A DNA stretch of 63,669 nucleotides, filler included, from Asterionella formosa (lineage: Eukaryota): the NCBI GenBank assembly GCA_002256025.1. It is 26 parts of 26 records of this genome, joined end to end, with 100 filler letters (N's around TTAATTAATTAA, not from the genome) between each part and the next. Parts side by side here need not be neighbours in the genome. Positions count along the whole stretch, not along the records: positions 22,136 to 24,492 come from NKIB01015388.1; positions 24,593 to 26,947 come from NKIB01015390.1; positions 27,048 to 29,401 come from NKIB01015392.1; positions 29,502 to 31,855 come from NKIB01015393.1; positions 31,956 to 34,308 come from NKIB01015394.1; positions 34,409 to 36,761 come from NKIB01015395.1; 20 more parts are not named here. One strand, given 5' to 3'. The position numbers and the translations under genes are program-made. The notes below the pieces were generated by a model. It saw only the letters and a list, made by a program, of their open reading frames with translations. It had not been told where the DNA came from and did not search any database. Of this stretch, positions 24,153 through 36,761 are shown piece after piece (the first letter of the stretch is position 1; the number at the start of each line of letters is the position of its first letter).

Positions 24153-24492
24153 ATGCCAGCTCGCGATAACGACACATTGCTAGCAGCCAAGATTGAAGGC
24201 CTATTGCAGATTCCCAATCAAGAGGAAGTGTTGCTAGTGGTCGTTGTGCTTCTGACGAGATTGGAATCTGACGAATTGCTCCACGATATTTTCGATCGTC
24301 ATGATCACCTGTGTCACTTCATGTCCTTGTTAGTTGCATCCAAGCATGATGTGTTTGTGAGATTCGCCTGCTGTGTGGCCTCCAGATTCAAGCTCCAGAT
24401 GGATTGGAATCAATTGGGACAACAGCTGATGGAACTACTGGCACACCGCACACAAGCACCACTGGCTGACGTTGACATTTGGCTCCTTTCAG
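24153..24492 (+). CDS. Hypothetical protein, N-terminal fragment
   Basis: ATG in caaccATG context, open to the contig edge; no motif recognised. Confidence 0.35.
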
Positions 24493-25521
24493 NNNNNNNN
24501 NNNNNNNNNNNNNNNNNNNNNNNNNNNNNNNNNNNNTTAATTAATTAANNNNNNNNNNNNNNNNNNNNNNNNNNNNNNNNNNNNNNNNNNNNGGGATATG
24601 CTTTTATTGATCATCTTCATCAGGCCCTTGTTCATTCACTTGATTCCTTTCCACCCGTGCTCTGACAACTGCTGATTTCTTTCTCTTTTCTATCTCCATT
24701 CTTGATGAGATGGGGGGGGGGATGTTATAAATCACTAGTTTGTCCATCATGTATGTCTATATGTCAGACACTGATGGTTGCCTCTACCTGTGTTGCTGTT
24801 CTTCTATGTTCGCATCTAGTTACTTTTACTTTACTATAATCACTCTTTTTAACATACCCCTTACAAACTCCTATTGAGCTTGTCAGGTTCGTTAATTGAC
24901 TCACCCTACTCTCCTCCTCCTCCTCCTCCTTTGTCCTCGTCATTGTTTGCTATCCTATCCTCTTTCACAACAACTTGGACTTTGGTTGATTGCTGTGACA
25001 AGCGATCGTTGCTTCATACAATTGATCACAACCATAGCTAGCAATGAGAAAGGTGAGCCATGGCAAACTGTAGACCGATCATATGGTTTCGCAATATTTA
25101 ATGACAAGGACAACGAAAAGTTCATGCTGACAAGATTGTATAACACACCGGTACGTATGTACTGATATGTATGTATGCGCATCCATCAGGTCCCAGGTCC
25201 CATATGTACCGGTATTGGTACTAGTCTACCATTTATGAAACGCGTCTGAGAGTGACCATCATGTTGTCAGGTACCTGGTACCACCCTGTAAAATACCGGT
25301 AATAATATCCATATGTATCCATAATATCCATCCAACACGCACGTATCTACCAATACCAGTTTATCATTTTACACAGACACTGTACCGGTATATCATGTTC
25401 ATCTATTGGTACCTGGTACCTGGTACTAAATGGTACTCCTACTTTCTCATTTCACACATCAGGTGATGTACGTCTGAGGATTTAGGCCAGGTTTCAAAAT
25501 GCTGGCGAGAAATGAAACTTC

Positions 25522-26947
25522 ATGAAATCTGCTCACAATTTCTTAAGTTGCATAACCAGCATCTTAGGCCACTTGTCTGAAATGACAATTAACGACATCC
25601 TTCCTTTAAGCATTGCCGGAGCAGATGCTCCATGGCTCGACCACTGCCCTTGTCCGCATGACGAACAGCGATATCTCGCGACTGTTGCTCCAGCAAAGAC
25701 CACAGGCGAACTTTGGCAAATTCTAGTTGTATCGATCACGTTGTTCTTTATGTTTGCTATCCTTTTGTCCGACAGAATTGGAGCTGATTGGGTCATGATC
25801 GCCGGATTGACCATCTTTATGGCTTGCCAGATCATTACCATATCCGAAGGACTCGGTGGCTTCTCCAACGAAGGGATCTTGACCGTCCTTGTTTTGTTTG
25901 TTGTTGCGGAAGGCATTAGTCGCACAGGAGCTCTCGATTGGTACATGGGAAAAGTGCTTGGACACCCCAAGTCGATTGCTGGCGCTCAGATCCGACTCAT
26001 GGTTCCTATCGCCACCTTGTCTGCTTTTTTGAACAACACACCCATCGTAGCTGTCATGATTCCAATTACCCTTCGTTGGGCAAGAAATATCGGCGTTCCT
26101 CGGCAGCAGTTGATGATTCCGCTCTCCTTTGCTACTATTTTGGGAGGAACATGTACGTTGATTGGTACATCGACTAACCTTGTAGTGTCGGGTTTGTTAC
26201 TCAAGTATTATCCAAAGGAACCAAAAATCGGCCTATTTGATTTGGGAGTTTATGGTGTCCCTGTTGCGATTTTTGGTTTGGCGTACATTATGCTTGCTGC
26301 TCCATTCTCCCTGCCTGGGGGTCGGGCCTCCAAGAATCATGCATTGGATCCACTAACGGACGCCGATGAGCTCTTGTTGGGAGCAAGGTTGACACCATGG
26401 TCACCTGCGGCAGGACGAACTGTCAAGCGCTCTGGCTTGAGAGACTCTGGTGGCATCTATCTCGTCAGTGTACACCGTGCTTCGACAGGCAATGTCCATC
26501 ATGCCGTCAGTCCAGATTTTGTCCTGTCTGTTGGAGACATCGTGTACTTCACCGGGCTCATCGAAGAGTTTGGAGAATTCTGTGAGGAGCACGGTCTTGA
26601 AGTCGTGACGAATGAAGTGAAGGACGATCTACAGTTGCAATCTTCTGAAGTTGCTGACGATTTTCCTGTTGAAGTCGGTGTCACGAAAGAGTCAATGATT
26701 GAGTATGACGAATCAGAGCGTCAGAGAAGTATCAATAAGATTACCGACCAAATCAGGGAGCGCACTCCCTTGGCGGCTGGCGAGACAGGGACAAGTCCTT
26801 CTAAAATTGTTGTCGTTTCGGATAGTCACGATCGCGCATTCGTTGTTGGAGTTGATGCTCCAGATCGTCCAGGATTGCTCTTGGACATCTCGAAGGGCTT
26901 GCTTCGTCTCAATTTACAGGTGCGACACACTGAGGCAAAAGTTTTGG
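25522..26947 (+). CDS. SLC13-family Na+/sulfate (SLT-like) transporter with TrkA-C and ACT-like domains, 3'-truncated
   Basis: GFSNEG; SAFLNNTPIVA; LMIPLSFATILGGTCTLIGTSTNLVV; TrkA-C GRTVKRSGLR...LSVGDIVYFTG; ACT-like DRPGLLLDIS. True start may be the Met at 25582. Confidence 0.9.
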
Positions 26948-27047
26948 NNNNNNNNNNNNNNNNNNNNNNNNNNNNNNNNNNNNNNNNNNNNTTAATTAAT
27001 TAANNNNNNNNNNNNNNNNNNNNNNNNNNNNNNNNNNNNNNNNNNNN

Positions 27048-27816
27048 CTTTCCAAATATCAATAGGCCCTTGTGTTTCTTCCTTAGCCATTTGCACTTTT
27101 CCAAAATCACTAGGAAAAATTTGAACCTTCTTCACTGAACCCGGGGGAGTGAAACTCGACAAGATAGCAAAGAGGTCGACAGCTCTAACATGCGACCAGT
27201 CCATATTCATGACAGCCATATAAGGAGACTCCACCTCAGTAATCGAGATTTCGTCCTCCTCTTTGTTCGAGGGATCCAAAACTCCAGCGATTTCATCCAC
27301 GCCATCTCCTTCCATATCAGAATCTTGGTCAGACTCCATGACTAAGGATGCATCGTCCTCTGACGAGGACGAAACGTCCAGTTCACCACGAGACAAGGCC
27401 GTCAAGTAGGCGATGCGAGATGCTGGGTCGTCATGTTCGTCACCAAATATTTCGTCTTGATTTTCTTCATTCATCGATTCTTCTGTAGATGACTCGCCGT
27501 GTTCAGTGTGCTCGCCTTCCTTTAGTTCTTCGTTTGCAACCGTGTAAAAAGCAGTAAGTTCATTCGTTTGTTCAATGGGCCCTTGTCTCTTCTTTTTGAT
27601 GCCATATTTATCATTTTCTTGAAGTTGAAAGCGAGGATCAGTCAAAACTAAGGCAAACCTATCGTCTAGCACAACCTTATTCGTTTCCTCTTTCACTCTC
27701 GCAAACTGAGGCCGATTCAAGGCAGCTGCAAAACGCTCATCGAACCCTTGGGAATCATGTGGTTGAGGCTTCATAGCCCTTGGTTTCTTTTCTTTCGTTT
27801 TCTTCAAACCGGCCAT
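27048..27816 (-). CDS. ESF1: Pre-rRNA-processing protein ESF1, N-terminal part
   Basis: DERF..., DDRF...DKYG, acidic tract, AVMNMDWSHVRAVDL...SSF...VQIFPSDFGKVQMAKEETQGP. Confidence 0.92.
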
Positions 27817-28616
27817 GATGCATCACTTGTCGTCCTTTGCGGCGGTTGCTTCTAGGAAGCGAAAGGGATATTGAAAGGGGGCCGAGTAATCGTATGTCAC
27901 AAAGTTGTATTCGAGGCTACAGGAGGAGGAACTTAACTTTGTGTTGTCTCACTACCTGCATGATAATCATTACAGGAGATAAAATTTTAGTGGCTCCCAG
28001 CCGTGCAGGGATTCCACCCTGAAATTACGGCTATGCACAGATTGGCGCATGATCGTGCATATGTACGCAACACTATGCTGCATACCGGTAGTAGCTGTCA
28101 TAGCTAGACTACCTGTGCATACGTTACTACACCGTAACTAAACTAGCTGGTACCGGAACCAGTGCCAGTGTACCTGGTAACCTGGCACCAGTATGCTACC
28201 AGGTACCGCATCACCACAATTGCTGGCTGTGGTACCTAGTACGGTGCCCTGGTACTCATCATGTCGTACATAAGCCCCCTGCCGCTTTAGAAGGTCCGGC
28301 GATCGAGATATTTAGCTTCATCTTTGCCTAAGTTTAAAACGTATTTTACCGGACCTTTGTGGGAACATTTACCTGTACGTACATTGCATTTGCTTCGTTA
28401 GCCGTGTAGTTTGTTAGTATCCCAGAGTGGTGCGAGGTACCTGGTGACAATCAGATCTACCGGTATACCGGTAACAGGTACCAGGCACCTACCTGTATTC
28501 CGGTGCTAGCTAGGAGTAGCTATCATTGCTTTGATGTTCTGATTATTTTGTATGGCTGTGGTCCCATGATTTCTGCTGCTTGTTCGTTTCTTGAAGCCAA
28601 CAAGAAAGAGTTCTAA

Positions 28617-28830
28617 TTAAGGTTGCTGCATTTGAAAACCCTAGGCAAAAATTAGAATATTGCTTAGGGTTGCGAAAATTCCCTGGAATTAAGAATTTAA
28701 TTAGCTATTTTTGAATGACGTGATTCCATTTGAAATATTTGAATCAGTGGAAATTCGCGAATACGTACATAGATTCCTTGTCAAAATCGCTAAATATATA
28801 TATTGACACTCTGAGTCGCTGAATGTATAT
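28617..28830 (+). mobile_element. Dispersed element end starting TTAA|GG (Kolobok-like terminus); copy at 45975-46185
   Basis: Both copies begin TTAAGGTT(G/C)CTGCATTTGAA with unrelated upstream flanks. Confidence 0.55.
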
Positions 28831-28941
28831 ATATGCTAAAAATACGATCAACATGTATGCATGGACACTCTATACTCCGATTCACGATTTTAAATGCTAT
28901 GCATTGAATCCGTTCGACATATTCATAACATATGGTATCTT

Positions 28942-29401
28942 TTAGTTTTTAGTTTTATGATCATACGATCCTAAAACTATGATGATTTACTGTCCCACTG
29001 CAGTAGCAACAGTCCTGAACATATGGTGTTCTGTTGCTAGTTTACTACTCCGACTACCCCCAGTATATCACTTACTACCTGTTACTGGTGCTCTGTATAT
29101 ATATATGATATATTGTTATTGTCATATGATGTACCGGTACACATGAAGAGCTCCCAACCAAAAAAGGGGCTTAAACAATTTGCTACCAAAACCCTGCCGG
29201 CAATTGAATGGTCTAAATAATTAGTTTCAACGGACGTAGAAAATATCGATGCAAACAAATTTCAGAAACAATTCCGGTACACGTAGTCGTGGAAAACAAT
29301 GGACATATAGTGCATTGAGTATTTTCGAATTATGTATATGCGAGTATGATCATCTCAACCATATCAGATGTTCCATATCGAGAGCGCCTTTGAATTTTAT
29401 A
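28942..29401 (+). repeat. Dispersed repeat, copy at ~52503-52961
   Basis: Near-identical sequence, including the duplicated spurious ORF MQTNFR. Confidence 0.9.
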
Positions 29402-29609
29402 NNNNNNNNNNNNNNNNNNNNNNNNNNNNNNNNNNNNNNNNNNNNTTAATTAATTAANNNNNNNNNNNNNNNNNNNNNNNNNNNNNNNNNNNNNNNNNNN
29501 NGGACCCCCCCTATGGTTGCTGGACCCCCCTGTACATTTTTCTCGAGGTGGAACCAAACACCCAATAATTTTCTTGTCATAGACAAAGTAACGTGCTATA
29601 ATTCTTTTT

Positions 29610-29890
29610 GTCCTCGTAGGCACTAGTATGTAATAATTTAGCTACCATTTTGCGATTCTTTTGTACATACAAAACACAAGAGACGACAGGTAGTGGCTGT
29701 GAGCAGCTGGAGAATCCTTCATGATGTTGTCGCAACCTTGACCATGACGAAAATACGAATTATCTCCACGAAAATAGAGAACGACGCTTTGCTACTTGCT
29801 ACCTGTATTAAGAATAACATGGAAAATACAATCGTAAAAGAAGTAAAGTAATAACACTAATAATGACAACGAAAATTGAGATCGCCGATA
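29610..29890 (+). repeat. Old dispersed repeat; copies at ~12575-12750 (+) and ~35700-36010 (-)
   Basis: Shared aatacaatcgtaaaagaa...gtaataacactaa and cgacgcttt blocks. Confidence 0.75.
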
Positions 29891-30204
29891 ACAACATGAA
29901 GTCGCGTTTTTCTTGCGAGGTGAAGAACTCTCTCATTTTTGACAAGACGGAAATAATTGTCATATTAATACATCTTAGAAAAATGTGCGCTATCATGTAG
30001 AGCTAAAGAAACTTACTTAGGTCCATTATAAGGGAAATCTCTTCATTGTCCTGGGCCCCCCCCTTAAGTAAAATCAGTCAAATTCAGTCACGGCAGTGTA
30101 CATTGGGGGGTCCAGGACAATGAAGTATACGGGTTAGGTATTTTGATTCAGTGTATGTAGCCATGATGATGTAATTTTTTCAAATCATGAAGATTGTTGC
30201 CTAG

Positions 30205-30590
30205 TACCGGTACATACTTTTCTATTTGCACATGAATATATTTTTTCCACCCAAACCGCGATTATTTTTACTCCTCCGTTTATTCTTACTACAGAAGTTC
30301 TTTTCGTATTACTTTACCTCTTATGCGCGATACAGTAAGGTTTTTGCGCTTGCATCATCACCGAACCCTTCTGCCGTATGGGGTACCTATTCGAAAAAAA
30401 AGCACAATGACGCCGTACCCACATTAAATTATACTAAATTAATTCTATCAGAAGAATATTATTATTCTTGTACACTTATACCGGTACACGTTTAAAAAGG
30501 CGATGCTAGGACAATAGAGTAAACGAGAAAATACCAGAGTAGCATCAATTTTTCGAAATTTCGCGTTGACAGCAACCTTTGGGCCGTAAT
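30205..30590 (-). repeat. Dispersed repeat ending TATTACGGCCCAAAGGTTGC; copies at ~57186-57520 (+) and ~6281-6360 (+, Tigger insertion site)
   Basis: Shared ggtaaagt...aaacggag...cggtttgg block at three loci. Confidence 0.75.
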
Positions 30591-30639
30591 AGCTAGTAGT
30601 AAGATCTTAACAGAATTTTAAATTGTATATTGTTAGCAA

Positions 30640-31821
30640 TCACTCGGTAAGCATTTCAAAAAAGGTCCCTAGTGATTCGTCATTGAGCAAAGAGCTCAAT
30701 GCTTTATTGGAAGGCTTTGCGTCCACTGGCATCGTACAAAGTGCCGAGAGGATGGCATCGAATTCACCATCTGGATATCGTCTCGATGCCGCTGCTGGTA
30801 TTTGAGAAGGAACAATCTGATGTTGTAATTGTGAAATCAATGGCTGTTGCTGCTGCGGCTGCTGTTGAGTCGCTTGGTGCATGGCGATCTGTTGTCTTAT
30901 TGCATCGATTTGTGCTTGTTGTTGCTGGAGTAAGTTGGTCCAGTCAATCATGTTGGGCAAAGGAGGAAGTTGCTGCTGAACTTGCATCATTTGCGGAAGA
31001 GTGTAGACTTGAGTGAAGTCCTGGGACATGGATTGCTGCTGCTGCGGATAAACAAATGGTTGTGGTCCACGCGCCAAAGACATGCCATGAAGCTGTTGCT
31101 CCTGTTGCTCCTGCTGTTGATACAAGTTGCTCAGAGGAGTAGCATCGCTGCTCATGTTGGACCAGAGCGACGAGGGCGCCGAGACCGACGAGGAACGAAG
31201 CATCGTTTGCTCTTTGAATATTTCTTCCCCTCCCCCTTCCACCAAATCGATAGGAGGCATATCATAGAACTGCGGTTCCGTGTCCGGCGATGACGCCTTA
31301 CGGACACCCGTTCCTTTAATCTTGAGGCGTTGAATGCGATGACAAAGAAATTTCTTGCCCCTGAGGAAGAGCTCGTGGTAGTACCCGCCCTTGTCTTTCC
31401 CCGATGTCAATCTCGAAAACCCGTACAGATTCAGCTGACGCTGAAAGGAGGCGAATTTGGTTTGACGAAAATAGGCGGGCATGACATTCTCACTAAAGCG
31501 CTTGGGATCGTGAACGACAAAGCACCGCCCATGAGATTGCCAACTAATGACACTGGCGAGACCGTCTGTTTCAATCTGATCGAGCATTTCGTGGAGCTTC
31601 AACGGAAATGGTATTGTCACGCCGCACTTGACAGGAGTGTGACTGTCGAGGGACAAGAACTTGAGAGGGGGATTGCAGTACAACGCTGCGGCCACTTCCG
31701 TCGCATGATCGGTGTACTTGTGCTCGATTACGTTACTGTCCTGCTGCTGGATGTCAAGGGAGGCGTGCACGGTTGCTAAGGGCGAAATGGTGACGTTCTG
31801 TCCAAGGTTAAATGACATCAT
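30640..31821 (-). CDS. Heat shock factor (HSF) family transcription factor with Gln-rich C-terminus
   Basis: PFPLKLHEML; ISWQSHGRCFVVH; YFRQTKFASFQRQLNLYGFSR; YYHELFLRG. A 5' exon may be missing. Confidence 0.95.
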   Translation of the reverse strand: MMSFNLGQNVTISPLATVHASLDIQQQDSNVIEHKYTDHATEVAAALYCNPPLKFLSLDSHTPVKCGVTIPFPLKLHEMLDQIETDGLASVISWQSHGRCFVVHDPKRFSENVMPAYFRQTKFASFQRQLNLYGFSRLTSGKDKGGYYHELFLRGKKFLCHRIQRLKIKGTGVRKASSPDTEPQFYDMPPIDLVEGGGEEIFKEQTMLRSSSVSAPSSLWSNMSSDATPLSNLYQQQEQQEQQLHGMSLARGPQPFVYPQQQQSMSQDFTQVYTLPQMMQVQQQLPPLPNMIDWTNLLQQQQAQIDAIRQQIAMHQATQQQPQQQQPLISQLQHQIVPSQIPAAASRRYPDGEFDAILSALCTMPVDAKPSNKALSSLLNDESLGTFFEMLTE

Positions 31822-31955
31822 ATGGTCAAAAAGGGTAAGACAAGGAGGAACAAACNNNNNNNNNNNNNNNNNNNNNNNNNNNNNNNNNNNNNNNNNNNNT
31901 TAATTAATTAANNNNNNNNNNNNNNNNNNNNNNNNNNNNNNNNNNNNNNNNNNNN

Positions 31956-32311
31956 GACTAATCCCGGTAAGCTACCGTGGTATTCAATGGACGAATACAA
32001 GCAGATCAGTCGTCTCATCGTCAATATAGCCAAATCATTGTTGCAGAATAAACGAAAGTGAAATTCTACATATTTAATACCGTTGCACTATAATGCATGT
32101 AAAACTCTACTCTCTCACGTATTTGATTACTGGTAATCTAATTGGTGTAAACAAAGAAATCAAGGTATTCGTAAATTTTGAGATCAATGCACCCAAGATA
32201 TTGGTCTCATTAGGTTCCAATTGGCAGGTTGTGGAATGACACACATGTCATGGAAGGGTCCATTTTCCACAACATTTACAAGATTAGCACCACAATGATT
32301 CCCATGAAGAA
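31956..32311 (-). repeat. Duplicate of the last codons and 3' flank of the PT-repeat gene (33329-33681)
   Basis: ~350-bp close copy encoding FFMGIIVVLIL* versus FFMGSIVVLIL*. Confidence 0.9.
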
Positions 32312-32889
32312 TTAATGTGGCATCGAAGGGGATAGTGGTATATAGCTCTAGCCATCTGTGTTGTATTGGCCAAAGTGTGGAAAATGATCTTGGTTAATTG
32401 GAAACCTTGGTATGGTCTGAGGGCATCAATGTTTGGATTGACAATAGAAGTAATAAGGAGATCATGACCCATTTTGGTTGGTTTCTCAGGTGTGAGATTC
32501 GGGTTTAATACCAAGCCCATAGGGTTCTTGTATGTATTGTAGGTAGAGTCCAAAAGTACATATGGTGAGGTGCAGAATTTATCTTCTTCCATGTGGAAGA
32601 TGTTATGTACCTGGACTGAGATATCTTGCTGTAATGGCCCCAATGATAAGTTTGGCTCACTGTAGTGTGAGTTAGGATCCCAAGGGGAATCTGCTCTGAT
32701 ATCGATAGGTGTTAATGATGCTAGTTCTTTTTCTGTTGGTAACCAATGCCTGAATGTCATAAGACCTCCATTAATGATAAAAGGGATGTATACATAAGGA
32801 TTGGAAATGAAATAATGTCCTCCATTCCTGCCTGGTACACAATCGAAAAGTCGAGACAAGTGATGATGATGCCCATGATGGAGAATCAA
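32312..32889 (-). mobile_element. Degenerate Copia (CoDi-like) pre-integrase fragment
   Basis: PTEKELASL...DSPWDP; LRPYQGF...TLANTTQMA...PLRCH. Confidence 0.65.
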
Positions 32890-33644
32890 ACCGTGTGTGG
32901 AACATTTTGTCCTCCTGTTTCTGCAATCGAAAATCTACCACAGAGCCAGCGACAGTCAACTTGTATCGAAGTGGTCCACTTTCAACAGGTGATTCAGCGT
33001 TGGATGGTAGCTTCTTGTCCATTGAGGAATACCCACATTATTCTCAGACGAGCAAACACCGCCAAAAGCACGTTCAATAATATAATAACGCCGTGTCAAG
33101 TGCCTGCCTGCCTTGAAAAATACTCAGAAAATAGGAATCAACGCGAACTGATCTGCTTGAAAGGAAAGGATGAAACATGATCACTCTTCAGTATCAAAAA
33201 TTTCTGGATTACAACTTTGGTTGCACGTGCTAACATGGCACTTTACAGTTCTCTTTCATGTTGTCGAAGTGGTAGAGGAAACGCCACCGAAAACCGTGTC
33301 CATCAAAGATTGCACTCATGATGTTTCTGACTAGTCCAGGCACTCTCCCTTGGTATTCAATGCACTAATACAAGCAGATCAGTCGTCTCATCGTCAATAC
33401 AGCCAAATCATCGTTGCAGAATAAACGAAAGTGAAATTCTACATATTTAATACCGATGCACTATAAAACATGTAAAATTCTACTCTCTCACATTTTTGAT
33501 TGGTAATTTAATTGGTGCAAACAAAGAAATCAAGGTATTCGTAAATTTTGAAATCAATGCACCCAAGATATTGGTCTCATTAGGTTCCAATTGGCAGGTT
33601 ATGGAATTACACACACGTCATTGAAGGGTCCATTTCCACAACAT

Positions 33645-34308
33645 TTACAAGATTAGCACCACAATGCTTCCCATGAAGAATATATTGGCAAGCATCATGT
33701 TAAATGTAGAAGCATCACTGGTGGTAGGTGCTTTTGTTGGTGCCAAAGTAGGAGTACTAGTCGACCCAGTTGGTGCAAAAATAGGAGTCCTGGTCGACCC
33801 TGTTGGGACAAAAGCAGGAGTACTAGTCGACCCAGTTGGTGCCAAAATAGGAGTACTGGTCGACCCAGTTGGTGCCAAAGTAGGAGTACTAGTCGACCCA
33901 GTTGGTGCCAAAATAGGAGTACTGGTCGGCCCAGATGGTGCCAAAGTAGGAGACATTTCGGAAGCCATGGGAGTCCCCACCACTGAAGGTGCATTTGTGG
34001 CGACAGCAGCACTGGTAGGTGCTGCTACAGGTGACAAAGTAGGCGTTCCAATGGGAGAGGGGCTTGTTAAAACTTTGGAGCAGCAAGAAATATTGAACCC
34101 AGTTTGGAAATCAGAACAGGTAAAATTGAGTTTTCCATTATTGGCGGCAAACTCTAGGTCATCACATGATGTTGTCTTTGTGCTGTTTTCAAGCTGCAAA
34201 ACCCTTGCTGGTTCGGGCAGTAATTGATCACCGCAGATACGGCATGCACCCTGTGATACAATGGGATTGGAACATCCACAGTAAACCCCTCCTGTAGCCT
34301 GCATAGCG
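33645..34308 (-). CDS. Cys-domain + Pro/Thr-repeat cell-surface protein, 3' part, probable GPI signal
   Basis: CGCSNP...CRICG; six 11-aa LAPTGSTSTPx repeats (33 bp); TSDA followed by a hydrophobic tail. Confidence 0.8.
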
Positions 34309-34587
34309 NNNNNNNNNNNNNNNNNNNNNNNNNNNNNNNNNNNNNNNNNNNNTTAATTAATTAANNNNNNNNNNNNNNNNNNNNNNNNNNNNNNNNNNNN
34401 NNNNNNNNACGTGTTGATGTTGGTACCTAGGTTATAATCATCAGCGTTAAGGATATCATGGAACCTCTCGACGAGAAAGGTCCGGTAAAAGACGGTTTAC
34501 GATCGGAACAAATACTGGGGGCTACAGTACCTGGTACCAGGTACCATCCATATGTACCTTCGACTATTTTTCTTTCTGATATTACCT

Positions 34588-34859
34588 AGATTCTACATAT
34601 TGTTGGTATGTCAAAACTTCTTCTTCTCGGCTGATCAAATTTAACTGTAACAGTATGTATAGCTATTGCTATATAATCTGTGGAGTATTAATATAAATAC
34701 GAAAAAGCCACGTAATCATCAGCCATGATATCATCGATTGTAGGAAGGGTTTTTGAGTATTTATATTATATACATGTTAGCACTTATGTTGTTATGTAAA
34801 TGTACTTAAATTTGATCAGCCGAGAAGAAGTTTTGACATACTAACAGAATGCAGAATCT
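34588..34859. repeat. MITE-like inverted repeat, ~55-bp arms around a ~160-bp AT-rich core
   Basis: gtatgtcaaaacttc(ttc)ttctcggctgatcaaatttaa vs ttaaatttgatcagccgagaagaagttttgacatac. Confidence 0.8.
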
Positions 34860-36094
34860 CGCATTGTCAGGCGCAGAGAAAACCATCAGCCAGGTATAGC
34901 GAGGTATAGCGCGCCATGCACCGGAACGTACGTACCAGTACCAGGAAGTTGCGGTCATTTTGCTGAAATTGATAACGTGACGCAGGACAGGGGTTTTTGA
35001 ATACCAGTAGATAGAAAACGTCATGATCAATTCACTCTTTAAAATTGTCTGTGGTATGATCACCACTTAGTGACGTCATGGGTTTTATCCCGATTTTTTT
35101 TCAAAATTAACAGGGAGAAATGTCAAAACACAACAATGACCAGGGCAATGATAGAGGGTCGGCCCAAAGCAAAAGTACGCAATAGTGGCAAGTCTTGCTT
35201 ACTTTGCTTTATTCTTGCCAAACTCAAAATCATTCTCCATTTACAGCCAAGTTCTCCAAAGTGATGAAACCAACGTCTCTTAATGAATGGTTTCATAGTC
35301 GTTGGGATTGGAAATTTGTAACTACCAGTCTCAACAACCCGATATAACTATTATAAACTAGCATGTATGTACTGTTCATACTCATGTTATGTATACTATA
35401 CTACCAGGCTACGAGGTATATCAACTGTCGACTAATGAAGATGCTAATACAAATATTATATGAGGACTGAAACTCCTGGTAAGCAAACAATTTTAAAATC
35501 TCATCATCATCACATGTCCATCATTCCCATGTCACAATACAAGCAATCATATCTAAGCTAATAAATAACTTGTTTGAAATCTTTCGCTTTAATTAATCAT
35601 GTTATTGTTTTAGTCGTTTTACAGCCTACTGTGAAAGCGTCAAATCTCCTGATAACATCATCTCTTTGAATTGTGAATCTGTTAATTTCATTGAAAAATA
35701 CTCCATCGGCTATTTCAATTTTCGTTGTCAATATTGGTGTAATTACAACTATTCCTTTACGATCATATTTTCTATTTTGTGAGTAATTTAGGTACCTAAT
35801 AACAAAGCGTCGTTCTCATTTTTCATGGAGATATTTGTTATTTACATAATGGCGGTCAAGCCTGAGACGACATGATGCACAATTCATTCTCCAGCTACTC
35901 ACAATGACTATAGAGTGCTCCATAGTAGTGCTATACCAGTATATCATATATTGTATATACAAAAGAATTGAATAATCTAAGCTTAATAATTATCTACAAG
36001 CGCTTACGAGTGCTACCTCAGGTACTCTGAGCAGCATGATGAGTCTAGCCAGTATGCATATAATGGGGGTGTGGTGGTATAATAGTTATATCGG

Positions 36095-36761
36095 TTACCA
36101 TGATTTCAAAACCGGGGGAGGGATGGAGTTCCAGCTGGTGAACAAGAACATTCCCTCATGAAGCCTTTGACGCCAAGTATAAGGGAGATCGACGAGGCTT
36201 TGCTGATGGACACCAATTTGGCCAGCAGAATTGCGATAGACAAAGAGCCAATCCAAATCTGAGTCTAAGGTCAAGAGATCCATGGACAAAAGTGCCAGTA
36301 ATGGCCAGGGTGATCTTGGTGCCAACCACCATCCAAGTGGGAAGGAGGGGAGCAAGGGGGTCACCGTCCGGGTTGCTGTGGGGTAGATGAGAGAAGTCGG
36401 GGTTAAGTGCCTCATTGGGAGAGATGAGATCACCAAAAGCAGCAGTAACAGAGGCACAAGCAAATCAACGGTGTAGAAATGGTGGAGTTTTGTTGGTACG
36501 GAGTTGATCAGGCTTTCAGCAATATCCCCTTGGGGGTTGAGGCGCTAGAAGACAGCACTGCCTGGGGGATACTAGCTATGGCTCGGAAGCAGAGGATTCA
36601 GGATCGGTGTACAAGCGAAGATGAAGGCCGCCACGAGGGCACTGAGGGAAGCACCATCGGGCACAATATGGTCATAAACAAGACCAGAGCGACAATCCAC
36701 CATATCAGAAAAGTCAAGGATGGCGCAAAGGAAAGTCTCATTGACCCCATACCACAGACAG
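36095..36761 (-). mobile_element. Possible highly degenerate Copia pol remnant
   Basis: Contains RSGLVYDHIVPDGA, nearly the same as RSGLVYDRIVPDGA at 49120-49161; the rest is stop-ridden. Confidence 0.35.

Noticed and set aside
30041..30125. 21-bp inverted repeat as an intrinsic terminator
   Set aside because: Eukaryotic context and no U-tract; more likely part of a repeat.
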